Origin: an uncultured Chloroflexia bacterium
GTDB lineage: Bacteria > Chloroflexota > Anaerolineae > Anaerolineales > Villigracilaceae
Direction: 5' to 3'
Length of the DNA: 64,000 nucleotides
NCBI GenBank assembly: GCA_963746745.1
Contig: CAVVCL010000005.1
Coordinates: 28,733 to 92,732 of the forward strand
Shown: piece after piece, positions 17,547 through 25,549 of the stretch
Numbering within the stretch: the first letter of the stretch is position 1
Layout of the letters: each line of letters begins with the position of its first letter
Notes under the pieces: generated by a model
Databases searched by the model: none
Told to the model about the DNA's origin: nothing
The model's input: the letters and a program-made list of their open reading frames with translations, nothing else
Translations under genes and position numbers: made by a program

Positions 17547-18455
17547 GTGGACACTGACTTCCAGGCTCGGCTGGCAGCCTTCAAGTGGCTATCTAATCAA
17601 GTCAGCTTGCATGGCGATGTCCTGCCACGGTCGCTCCTGGAGTCCGGCTTCGAGTTCCAGGGTCAGCGAATACCCCTTGTCGCCCCGCAAGGGATATTCA
17701 AGCCCCAAGTACTTGATCTTCCGCTTTCAATCACCACCGCTCCAAAGGGTCCCTACGATGACTACTTTGGGAAAGACAACTTTCTGATTTATCGCTACCG
17801 CGGCACTGATCCCAATCATCGTGACAACGTCGGCTTACGCAAGGTGTTCGAGATGAAGCGCCCCCTTGTCTATTTTCACGGCATTGAGCCAGGGAAGTAC
17901 TTGGCCACTTGGCCTGTCTATATCATCGCCGATGACCAGGCTAACCTGGCCTTCCGAGTGGCGGTCGATGACGCGGTGCCCGCTTTTCAATACTCAGATG
18001 CGAGCACCTCACCTCAAATCGCCGAGGTCTCAGACGGAAGACATGCCTATTTGACCGGCACGATCAAGATTCGGCTGTATCAGCGCGCTTTTCGGGAACG
18101 CGTCATCGATGCCTACAATTCTCAATGTGCATTTTGCAGTCTGAAACATCGAGAGCTGCTGGATGCAGCGCACATCATTCCCGACACAGAAGCTGATAGC
18201 AGATCAACGATCGACAACGGACTTTCACTCTGTAAATTGCATCACGCCACCTTTGACGCCTTCATCCTCGGCGTAACGCCGGATTACATCATTCAGGTTC
18301 GTCAGGATGTTCTGGAAGAGGAAGACGGCCCAGTACTTCGGTATGCCCTGAAGGGGCTGCACAATGCCAGGCTCTTGTTGCCTTCTTCGAAGCGTAAGTG
18401 GCCCAGTCGGGATGCGCTGGAGTGGCGCTACAGCAAGTTTCGACTCGCGGCCTAA
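17547..18455 (+). CDS. HNH endonuclease (HNH_2-type C-terminal nuclease with an N-terminal putative DNA-recognition domain); candidate type IV restriction-like enzyme
   Basis: ORF 17547..18455 (GTG start). C-terminal RLYQRAFRERVIDAYNSQCAFCSLKHRELLDAAHIIPDTEADSRSTIDNGLSLCKLHHATFD is the HNH_2-type pattern. The N-terminal roughly 150 aa (YRYRGTDPNHRDNVGLRKVFEMKRPLVYFHGIEPGKYLATWPVYII) form a separate domain. Confidence 0.75.
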   Translation: MDTDFQARLAAFKWLSNQVSLHGDVLPRSLLESGFEFQGQRIPLVAPQGIFKPQVLDLPLSITTAPKGPYDDYFGKDNFLIYRYRGTDPNHRDNVGLRKVFEMKRPLVYFHGIEPGKYLATWPVYIIADDQANLAFRVAVDDAVPAFQYSDASTSPQIAEVSDGRHAYLTGTIKIRLYQRAFRERVIDAYNSQCAFCSLKHRELLDAAHIIPDTEADSRSTIDNGLSLCKLHHATFDAFILGVTPDYIIQVRQDVLEEEDGPVLRYALKGLHNARLLLPSSKRKWPSRDALEWRYSKFRLAA

Positions 18456-18581
18456 GCGCGGGCGGATGCCCGGAGAGCGTGTGAGGCTCGCAGATTGGGC
18501 CGAACGCTAGGCCAAACGGCGTAGAGGACTCTCAGACGGACGCACAAAACAGCGTACGTCCCCAGAACCAGGAGAGGCCAA

Positions 18582-19117
18582 ATGGAAGCCAAACATCCAA
18601 TCTTGATTTCCAAGGACACCAGGAAGGTCTACCACCTGCTCCGCCGGGAAGTCTTGGGCATCGACTACCGCTTGAGAATTCTCTTTCGTACGTACAAGTT
18701 CACGACCCGCGAGGACGGTTGACTTATTGAACGCAGAACCCTCCAGATTCTTCGTAACCTACCGGAATGACTTGCTGAATGCGATCGTGCACGCCATTGG
18801 TAAGTTGGTGGACCCAGCGAAGTCGCCCAACCAAAGCGACAATGCCAGCCTGCAACAACTGGTACGGAGCCCTGACCTTGGCAACGAGGCGAGCACTCAC
18901 CGCCGATTTGACCGATTGCTTGGCCGACATAAAATCCAAGACAAGCCGCCTGAAGAATTGGCGGAACAAATGGGGCTCGCACTGGGACCTCGACGTTGTG
19001 CTCGGTCACGCCCCACAACCTGCCACATCGTTGGCAGAGATCGCCCAAGTCCTTGCGGGCTTGCAAGACTTCCTCAACACCCAGCTGAAAGTCGCAAGCA
19101 AGACATATGAGCTTTGA
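18582..19117 (+). pseudogene. AbiU2-like HEPN-domain abortive-infection gene, split over three frames
   Basis: ATG 18582 (SD GGAGAGG) is followed by a stop at 18720. The reading continues in the +1 frame (EPSRFFVTYRNDLLNAIVHAIGKLVDPAKSPNQSDNASLQQLV). It then continues in the +2 frame (LTADLTDCLADIKSKTSRLKNWRNKWGSHWDLDVVLG...), which contains an Rx5H HEPN motif (RNKWGSH). G+C is low, about 45% in two hand-counted 60-nt lines. Confidence 0.55.
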
Positions 19118-19149
19118 AGCTTCGATCAAGGCTACAACGTGGGATATAA

Positions 19150-19353
19150 ATGGAGTTTGAAAAGCACTGCCAAGACCGCCAAGTGGAATATGCCTTTGAT
19201 GCGACAAGGTCCACCGAGGAGTCCTTACGCCAAGGCTCGGAATTTGCAAGCTTAAAGATCGACTTGCCGACTGATTATCCAAACATATCCTTTGTTCCCG
19301 ACGATACTGGCACGATTATTGATCTCGTAGAGCGAGCGAATTCTAAGCGCTGA
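19150..19353 (+). CDS. Small hypothetical protein (67 aa) in the low-G+C islet
   Basis: ORF 19150..19353. Acidic, non-repetitive composition. No recognised motif and only a weak SD. Confidence 0.3.
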   Translation: MEFEKHCQDRQVEYAFDATRSTEESLRQGSEFASLKIDLPTDYPNISFVPDDTGTIIDLVERANSKR

Positions 19354-19479
19354 GGCACGGGCCGCATCCTTCCGGTGTACCCTCAGGCGCAATCCTCCGT
19401 CCGGCCCCCGAATCACAAAGGCCCCGCCTCTCCGGCGGCCCAATAGTATCTACTCCCGACACCCATGAGGGGGCCGGGC

Positions 19480-19910
19480 TTACTTCTTCTTGGCCGCCCG
19501 TTGCGCGACCGCTGCGGTGTTGGCTGCCACCGCCGCGCGGATCAGCTGCTTGAACGCCGCTTCGTTGATCTTCTCCCCTTCGTGGAAGTCGATCGCACGC
19601 CGCACGTTCCCTCCAGGCTGGAATTGAAGAGCTTCTTCGGGTCTTTGATGGAGGCTCCGCGAAAGAAGGTGAGCTTCACGACCTCCTTGTACGATTCCCC
19701 TGTGCAGACGCCGCCGTCATGGGACCAGACCGGCGTCCCCGGCGATTTTGGCTTCTCCCATTTCCACTCCTCCTGGATGTCGGGGTCGGCATCGTGGATG
19801 AGCTCACGGACATGCGCGAGGGTCTTTCCTCTCCAATCCCCCAGCTCTTTAATCCGCTTGGTGATGTTCGCGGCAGCGGCCTTGCCATTCGGACTACTTG
19901 TCGGCTTCAT
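19480..19910 (-). pseudogene. DUF1801 (YdhG-like) domain protein with a 1-nt frameshift near 19607-19613 (GGG run) or assembly indel
   Basis: ORF 19542..19910 gives MKPTSSPNGKAAAANITKRIKELGDWRGKTLAHVRELIHDADPDIQEEWKWEKPKSPGTPVWSHDGGVCTGESYKEVVKLTFFRGASIKDPKKLFNSSLEG. The expected C-terminus NVRRAIDFHEGEKINEAAFKQLIRAAVAANTAAVAQRAAKKK* is in the adjacent frame and ends at TAA 19482-19480. Confidence 0.75.
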
Positions 19911-19986
19911 CTTCTCTCCGATCCTTCGTTTCGCCAGCCGGCTCTGGACCGGTAAGGGGGAGTGGCGCGCCCGGCGCTGCCACAGG

Positions 19987-20009
19987 AAGGCCGCCGGTGA
20001 GGCGGCCTT
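19987..20009. terminator. GC-rich hairpin downstream of the desaturase gene
   Basis: AAGGCCGCC-GGTGA-GGCGGCCTT, 5 nt beyond the desaturase stop. The T-tract lies on the plus-strand side (TGCTTTT). A paralogous copy sits at 15619-15640. Confidence 0.4.
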
Positions 20010-20014
20010 TGCTT

Positions 20015-21043
20015 TTACTTCGAGTCTCTGTCTTGCACCGGCACCGGCTGCAACTTCAGCGCCTCCCAGCCAACCAGCCTGCGATTGGCTTCGTCATACA
20101 CGCGCAGCCTCAGGCTTTTCAGGCTCGAGAGCAGCGTGACGGGTTTGACGTGAAATACCGGATTCTCCCGATAGGCTTTCGGCAGGTTGTAGCTGGGGAT
20201 CTTCGCGCCCAGGTGATGGATGTGGTGGAATCCGATATTGCCGCTGAACCATTGCAGCACCCCCGGCAGTTTGTAGAAAGAGCTGCCCTGCAGGCTGGCC
20301 TTGAAGTAGTCCCAGTTCTCGCCGCGCTCCCAGTACACGCCTTCGTAGTTGTGCTGGACGTAGAACAACCACACACCCACGCCGGCGCCGAAGAACAGCA
20401 CCAGCAGTTGGACGGTCAGGTACGCGCGCCAGCCGAAGGTCAGGACCATCCCCGTAATGATCGCCGCCAGCGCGGCATTCGTCCACCACACGCTGGCAAT
20501 ATCGCGTTTGCCTTTCAGGGGCGGGATGCGCTCGACGACCGCGAAGACCATCATCGGCCCGATCAGGAACATCGCGAACGGGTTGCGCATCACGCGGTAG
20601 GCGAACTTCTTCCACCACGGCGCTGCCAGATATTCCTGTACCGTCATTGTGTACACGTCGCCCGCGCCGCGTCGATCCAGGTCGCCGGCGGTCGCATGGT
20701 GGATGGCGTGGTAGTGTTTCCAGCGATAGTAGGGCGTGAACGTCAGGATGCCGGTCACGATCCCCAGCCAATCGTTCGCCCGCTGCGACTTGAAGAACGA
20801 GCCGTGGCCGCAATCGTGGAAGATGATGAACGTCCGCACCATGAAGCCGGCCGTCAGGATCGAAAGCGGCAGCGTCAGCCAGAACGACACCTCTGTGCTT
20901 CGCAGCGTCACGTAGAACAACACGAGATAGGGGACCAGTGAATTGACCGTCTGCCAGATGGCGCGCCGCAGGTCGGGACGCGCGTAGCGAGCTACGATCT
21001 GCTGCCAGGCTGCTTTTTGTTCTCCATAAGTTTGGTTTTCCAT
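20015..21043 (-). CDS. Membrane fatty acid desaturase
   Basis: ORF 20015..21073; start set at ATG 21043 (MENQTYGEQK). Three His boxes: HDCGHGS, HAIHHAT, HHIHHL. Confidence 0.88.
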   Translation of the reverse strand: MENQTYGEQKAAWQQIVARYARPDLRRAIWQTVNSLVPYLVLFYVTLRSTEVSFWLTLPLSILTAGFMVRTFIIFHDCGHGSFFKSQRANDWLGIVTGILTFTPYYRWKHYHAIHHATAGDLDRRGAGDVYTMTVQEYLAAPWWKKFAYRVMRNPFAMFLIGPMMVFAVVERIPPLKGKRDIASVWWTNAALAAIITGMVLTFGWRAYLTVQLLVLFFGAGVGVWLFYVQHNYEGVYWERGENWDYFKASLQGSSFYKLPGVLQWFSGNIGFHHIHHLGAKIPSYNLPKAYRENPVFHVKPVTLLSSLKSLRLRVYDEANRRLVGWEALKLQPVPVQDRDSK

Positions 21044-21107
21044 GGGGGACTCTCTCCGACCTCGATTGTACAACCGATATTGCCCTCCTGCGGGAGAGTT
21101 CGGCTCC

Positions 21108-21135
21108 TTGACAAATAGAACAAATGTGCTATATT
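21108..21135 (+). promoter_or_regulatory. Near-consensus sigma70-type hexamers TTGACA-16 nt-TATATT in an AT-rich patch (orientation and function uncertain)
   Basis: TTGACA at 21108-21113 and TATATT at 21130-21135 on the plus strand. The patch also holds the direct repeat ACAAAT-AGA-ACAAAT. It lies 65 nt upstream of the divergent desaturase start and faces an 800-nt repeat-rich spacer. Confidence 0.35.
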
Positions 21136-21353
21136 TGAGTTATGTGTCTGGCGCGATTTGTCATCAGAATCAATTTTGCGGGGCCGCGCAGTACCTCTAA
21201 CAGGACCCCAAGTCGGGCACGTTTCCAGTCGAATTGCGATGAGCAAAACGCGTCCACTGGTTGCACCCATTTCACACGCTGCATCCCTTCGCATGTACCG
21301 TCAACTTCCACCCGTGGATCCCAGAATCGTTCCTCGTTGTTTTCCCCGAGCAT
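21129..21353 (-). CDS. Possible small protein (74 aa) upstream of the desaturase; very uncertain
   Basis: Part of ORF 21129..21380, read from ATG 21353: MLGENNEERFWDPRVEVDGTCEGMQRVKWVQPVDAFCSSQFDWKRARLGVLLEVLRGPAKLILMTNRARHITQI. Composition is protein-like, unlike neighbouring shadow ORFs, but third-position G+C is low and I recognised no family. Confidence 0.2.
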   Translation of the reverse strand: MLGENNEERFWDPRVEVDGTCEGMQRVKWVQPVDAFCSSQFDWKRARLGVLLEVLRGPAKLILMTNRARHITQI

Positions 21354-21406
21354 GCATTGCGCCCTCGCGCAAGGCGGCATTCGGGCGAGGCGGCTTCGGG
21401 CCGCCC

Positions 21407-21570
21407 ATCGCCCATCCTTGTCGCCGAAGGCCCTGCAGCGTATTCTGCTGCAAGGGAAGATCCTGGCGATCGTTCCAGGGCCCCACGAGGCAAGGACAAG
21501 CCACCGGGCGCAGCCCTTGCCACGCAGGCAAGGGCCAAGTGAGCAAAGTGGTAGGCTCTTGCCCTACCAT
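21407..21570. repeat. Intergenic repeat copy A: element X (21407-21490) and hairpin element Y (21551-21570)
   Basis: X is ATCGCCCATCCTTGTCGCCGAAGGCCCTGCAGCGTATTCTGCTGCAAGGGAAGATCCTGGCGATCGT...CCACGAGGC, with an internal hairpin CCCTGCAGC-GTATTCT-GCTGCAAGGG. Y is GTAGGCTCTTGCCCTACCAT. Both recur at 23157-23290. Confidence 0.8.
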
Positions 21571-21939
21571 TGTCTGTCCTCGATCTTCATTCCCGCCTCG
21601 TGTCCTTTGTGTTGAGAATCCTCGGCAAACGGGGAATTGAACCTCATTTGAACCGCGTTCGCGCAAGGCGGCATTTGGGCGAGCGAGCATCAAGCGAGTA
21701 TCGCCCATGTCGGTCCCCCGAGGGAGCGATCCAGCCGCCATTTCTCCCATGCGCACCCCGCACCAGGAAGGTGCGGGGCCCCCAACCATCGCCTCCACCG
21801 CGCGGCCGCACCTTAACAACCGAACACTCAAAGGGAAACCTCCCGGACCCGCTGGCCCGCACGAGCCGCAACATGCCAATCCCCATGCCGCATTCCTCAA
21901 TCCATTGAGGAATCCCCCCGAATCCGGTATAAGGCTCCC

Positions 21940-23099
21940 ATGTCCCAACCCATCCGCGTCACCCAGATAGAGACCCCTGCCGGCCTCATCGACCTCGGCC
22001 GCGGCGATCCGCAGCTTGCGCTCCTGCCTCTCGACGTCGTGCGCCGGGCCGCGCAGGATCGGCTCTCGCAAGACGACAACGCCTTCCTTCAGTACGGCGC
22101 AGAGCAGGGGGATGGCTATTTCAGGCGGACGCTCGCCAAATTCCTGAGTGATGGCTGCGGCTTCGACGTCGACCCGGAGAACTCTCTTCATCACCTCCGG
22201 CATCTCATCGGCCCTGGACTTGCTGTGTACCCTGTTCACAAAACCGGGCGACACCGTTTTCGTCGAGGAGCCGACCTACTTCCTGGCCCTCCGCATCTTC
22301 GCGGATCATGGCCTGCAGGTGGCCTCAGTCCCTACGGATGAATCCGGGCCTCGTGATCGACGCCTTGCGCGACGCACTTGCACGGCAGCGCCCCAAGTTC
22401 CTCTACCTCATCCCCGCGTTCCAGAATCCGTCCGGCCACACCCTCACCGAGGAACGTCGGCAGCAGCTGCTTGCCCTGGCCCGTGAAACGGACCTGTTGC
22501 TGGTGGCCGACGAGGTCTACCAGTTCCTCAACTACAACGTCGAGCCGCCGCGCTGTTTCGGCGCCTACTGCAATGAGCCAAACGTCATTTCGTTGAGCTC
22601 GTTCTCCAAGATACTCGCGCCCGGCCTGCGCCTGGGTTGGCTCCAGGCACATCCGACCATCCTCAAGCGACTGGCAGGCAGTGGGTTGCTCGACAGCGGC
22701 GGAGGCATGAATCCGTTCACCTCGGCCATCGTGAGGAGCGTCATCGAGAGCGGGGACCTCAAACAGAATATCGCCCGCCTGCGTGAGGTCTACGCGGGCC
22801 GCATCCAGGCGACCGACGCGGCCCTGCAAGAGTACTTACCGGAGGCGGAATACAGGCTGCCGGCTGGCGGCTATTTCTTCTGGCTGCGCCTCCCCGGCAT
22901 CGACACACTCAAACTGCGTGAGCAGGCCGCGGCCCATCATGTGGATTTCCGCCCCGGCAGCTTGTTCACCAGCCATGGCGGATTACGCGAGTATCTGAGA
23001 CTCGGTATTTCTTTCTACGACACCGACGAGATCATCGATGGAGTGAGGCGCCTCGCCGAGTGCCTGCAGCGGGCCGCTAATCCACAATCGGCAATGTGA
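21940..23099 (+). pseudogene. PLP-dependent aminotransferase (class I/II), split over three frames (shifts near 22178-22184 and 22344-22350)
   Basis: ORF 21940..22341 supplies MSQPIRVTQIETPAGLIDLGRGDPQLALLP...DVDPEN. ORF 22148..22486 supplies LFITSGISSALDLLCTLFTKPGDTVFVEEPTYFLALRIFADHGLQVASVPTDESG. ORF 22308..23099 supplies LVIDALRDALARQRPKFLYLIPAFQNPSGHTL...SFSKILAPGLRLGW (PLP-lysine motif SFSK). Confidence 0.8.
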
Positions 23100-25288
23100 A
23101 ATCCCAATTCCTTAGGCTCTTCGGCAAGCGCCATTGACGCCGTAGCCCCAGGGCGCGTAGGCTCTTGCCCTACCATCGCCCATCCTTGTCGCCGAAGGCA
23201 CTGCAGCGTATTCCGTTGCAAGGGAAGATCCTGGCGTTCGTCAGGGCGCATCCCTGTCGAGTCCTGGGGACCTTCCAGGCGCCACGAGGCGCAGGGAAAT
23301 CTACGGATAATTCTTTCTGCCACGATCTCCGCGACATCCTTCACTTGCACCGTGCCGCCGTCCGCGGTCGCCGCATCGCTGAGCATCGTGATGCAGAATG
23401 GGCAGCCCACAGCCACGGTCGACGCTCCCGTTGCCTTGGCCTCCGCAAATCTGGCCTCGTTGACGCGCTCGCTGCCGGCCTCTTCTTCCTTCCACATCTG
23501 CGCGCCGCCGGCTCCGCAGCAGAATGACTTGGCGCCATGTCGCGGCATCTCGACGACTTCCACGCCTGCGGACTTCAAATCCTCGCGCGGCGCCTCGAAC
23601 ACGCCGTTCTGCCGCCCGAGGTAGCACGGATCGTGGAACGTGACCTTGTAGTTCTCGCCCGACGCCTGCATGCTGATCTTGCCCGCGCCGACCAGCTCGT
23701 TGATCAACTGCGTGTGGTGGATGACGGTGTAGTTGCCGCCAAATGCCGGGTACTCGTTCTTCAGCGTATTCAGGCAGTGCGGGCAGGTGGTCACGATGCG
23801 TTTGGGCTTGACCATGTTCAGGATTTCGACATTCGCCGACGCCAGCCCGAAGAAGATGTCCTCGCGTCCGGCCCGCCGCGCCGAATCACCGGTGCACTGC
23901 TCGTTCTGGCCGAGCACCGCGAAGTTCACGCCCGCGGCTTGCAGGATCTTGGCGAAAGCCTGGGCTGTCTTCTGGGCCCGGGCATCCGTGGCCGGCGCGC
24001 ATCCGACCCACCACAAGATGTCGGGTTCGGGGTTGGTGTCGACGGTCGGTACGTTCAAGCCCTCGGCCCACTTCATGCGGTCAGCCTGTGAGACGTTCCA
24101 CGGGTTGGAGTTGCGCTCCATGCCCTTGAAGGCGGCTTCCAACTGCTTCGGGAAGCTGCTCTCCATCATCGACAGGTTCCGGCGGATATCGAGGATGTCG
24201 CGCATCGGCTCGTTGCCCACCGGGCAGATGTCCACGCACGCCCCGCAGGATGTGCAGGCCCACACGGCCTCGTCGGAGATCAGCGTCTGGAGGGCCACAT
24301 CGGTCGCGCCGCCCTGGTTCAGGTGATAGCGCTTGTTGATCTCCAGCGCCGCCGGGCTCAGCACCTTTCCGGTGTTGTAAGCCGGGCAGACCTCCTGGCA
24401 GCGGAAGCACATGATGCAGGCGTAGCTGTCCATGATCTGTTCCCAGCCCAGGTCGCGCATCTTGGCCGCGCCGAACTGTTCGATGGACTGATCGTCCAGA
24501 TTGATGTAACTCATTTCCCCGATCGATCTCCGCTCCGGTTTCAAGGCGAAGTTGATCGGCGCGAAGAACAAGTGGATGTGCTTGGAGTAGGGGAAGTAGG
24601 GGAGGAAGGCCAGCACCGCGCCGAGCGACAGCCAGAACATGATGTGCTCGCCCACGATCATCCCGCCCGGCGCGGCGCCCGTCCACACGCTCGCCAACGC
24701 CGAGGCGATCGGCTGCCAGCTGTCGTGCAGGCCTTCGGCCGTCAGGTGGAACAACTCGCCCAGCAGCCTGGCGGAGTTATGCAGGAAGATGAATCCGGCC
24801 ACGATGGCCGAGTCCCGGGCGATGCCCAATCTGGCCTTGGGGACCAGAAGCGTCGACTGGCGCGTGGTCAGCGTCGCGGGCCTGAGAATGAATCGGCGGA
24901 TCTCCATCCCCACGATCCCGATCAGGATGGCGGCATCGGCGATGTCACCCAGCAGCCGATACACATTCCCGGCCGCACCGGTCTGATTCAAGATGCTGAA
25001 GCCCGTGTAGCCATAAACGAGGTCATTGACGTTGACGACCAGGAAGATGATGAAGCCCCAGCCGATCATGCCGTGCAGGATGCTCGGCCAGAGCCGCAGC
25101 TTGAAGACGGGCTGGAAGAGCCCAACCTTGGCGATCACGTCGCCAAGGCGCTTCCATGCCAGGCTCCACTGGACCTTCCCGTGGCCGCTTCCGATATTCT
25201 GCAGGATGCGTTGGACGCCCTGCCATGTTAGGTACAGCGACAGAAGTGTTGCGACAGCAAAGAGGATCTTTTCGACGATGGTAAGCAT
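23015..25288 (-). CDS. Membrane-bound Fe-S oxidoreductase (N-terminal NarI/DsrM-like helices fused to an HdrD/DsrK-like 2x[4Fe-4S] plus CCG-domain module)
   Basis: ORF 23015..25288, 757 aa, about 6 N-terminal TM helices. CIMCFRCQEVCP and CTSCGACVDICP cluster motifs; CCG motif (FCCGAGG). The last 90 aa or so read through repeat X/Y and overlap the convergent aminotransferase by 85 nt. Confidence 0.8.
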   Translation of the reverse strand: MLTIVEKILFAVATLLSLYLTWQGVQRILQNIGSGHGKVQWSLAWKRLGDVIAKVGLFQPVFKLRLWPSILHGMIGWGFIIFLVVNVNDLVYGYTGFSILNQTGAAGNVYRLLGDIADAAILIGIVGMEIRRFILRPATLTTRQSTLLVPKARLGIARDSAIVAGFIFLHNSARLLGELFHLTAEGLHDSWQPIASALASVWTGAAPGGMIVGEHIMFWLSLGAVLAFLPYFPYSKHIHLFFAPINFALKPERRSIGEMSYINLDDQSIEQFGAAKMRDLGWEQIMDSYACIMCFRCQEVCPAYNTGKVLSPAALEINKRYHLNQGGATDVALQTLISDEAVWACTSCGACVDICPVGNEPMRDILDIRRNLSMMESSFPKQLEAAFKGMERNSNPWNVSQADRMKWAEGLNVPTVDTNPEPDILWWVGCAPATDARAQKTAQAFAKILQAAGVNFAVLGQNEQCTGDSARRAGREDIFFGLASANVEILNMVKPKRIVTTCPHCLNTLKNEYPAFGGNYTVIHHTQLINELVGAGKISMQASGENYKVTFHDPCYLGRQNGVFEAPREDLKSAGVEVVEMPRHGAKSFCCGAGGAQMWKEEEAGSERVNEARFAEAKATGASTVAVGCPFCITMLSDAATADGGTVQVKDVAEIVAERIIRRFPCASWRLEGPQDSTGMRPDERQDLPLQRNTLQCLRRQGWAMVGQEPTRPGATASMALAEEPKELGFHIADCGLAARCRHSARRLTPSMISSVS
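23157..23290. repeat. Intergenic repeat copy B: hairpin element Y (23157-23174) directly abutting element X (23175-23290)
   Basis: Same X and Y sequences as 21407-21570, but permuted (Y then X). It lies inside the C-terminal tail of ORF 23015..25288. Confidence 0.8.
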
Positions 25289-25549
25289 GCATTCCTCCGT
25301 TTACAGTGTTGCCGTGCGAGCTGCGCGTCCCAGGGACGGTGCACCTCGTTGAGCTCCATCATGATGCCGGGCGCAGCCAATCAATTCCGCCTCAGACTGG
25401 ACCGTCCGGATGCTCAGCCGCGACCTTCCGTCAATCGTCATTGGCTGATGCCTGCCGTGACTCATAAGACCCACGGTGGCACAAAAAATGCGGAAGCCAT
25501 TTGCCTCCGCTCGTCTTTACACTATCGAATGCCGCCATCGGAATGTGCC

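Noticed and set aside
18665-19282. 205-aa ORF on the minus strand in the low-G+C islet
   Set aside because: The plus strand carries AbiU2/HEPN-like sequence (FFVTYRNDLL..., RNKWGSH). The minus-strand product has no motif and spans the intergenic gap.
19898-20941. 347-aa ORF on the plus strand
   Set aside because: Antisense to the desaturase gene with its three His boxes. Arg/Gln/His-rich with no motifs.
21301-22254. 317-aa ORF on the minus strand spanning the repeat-rich spacer and the aminotransferase 5' end
   Set aside because: It overlaps a recognisable aminotransferase on the other strand. The remainder is encoded by repeat elements, and the composition is Arg/Gly/Pro-rich.
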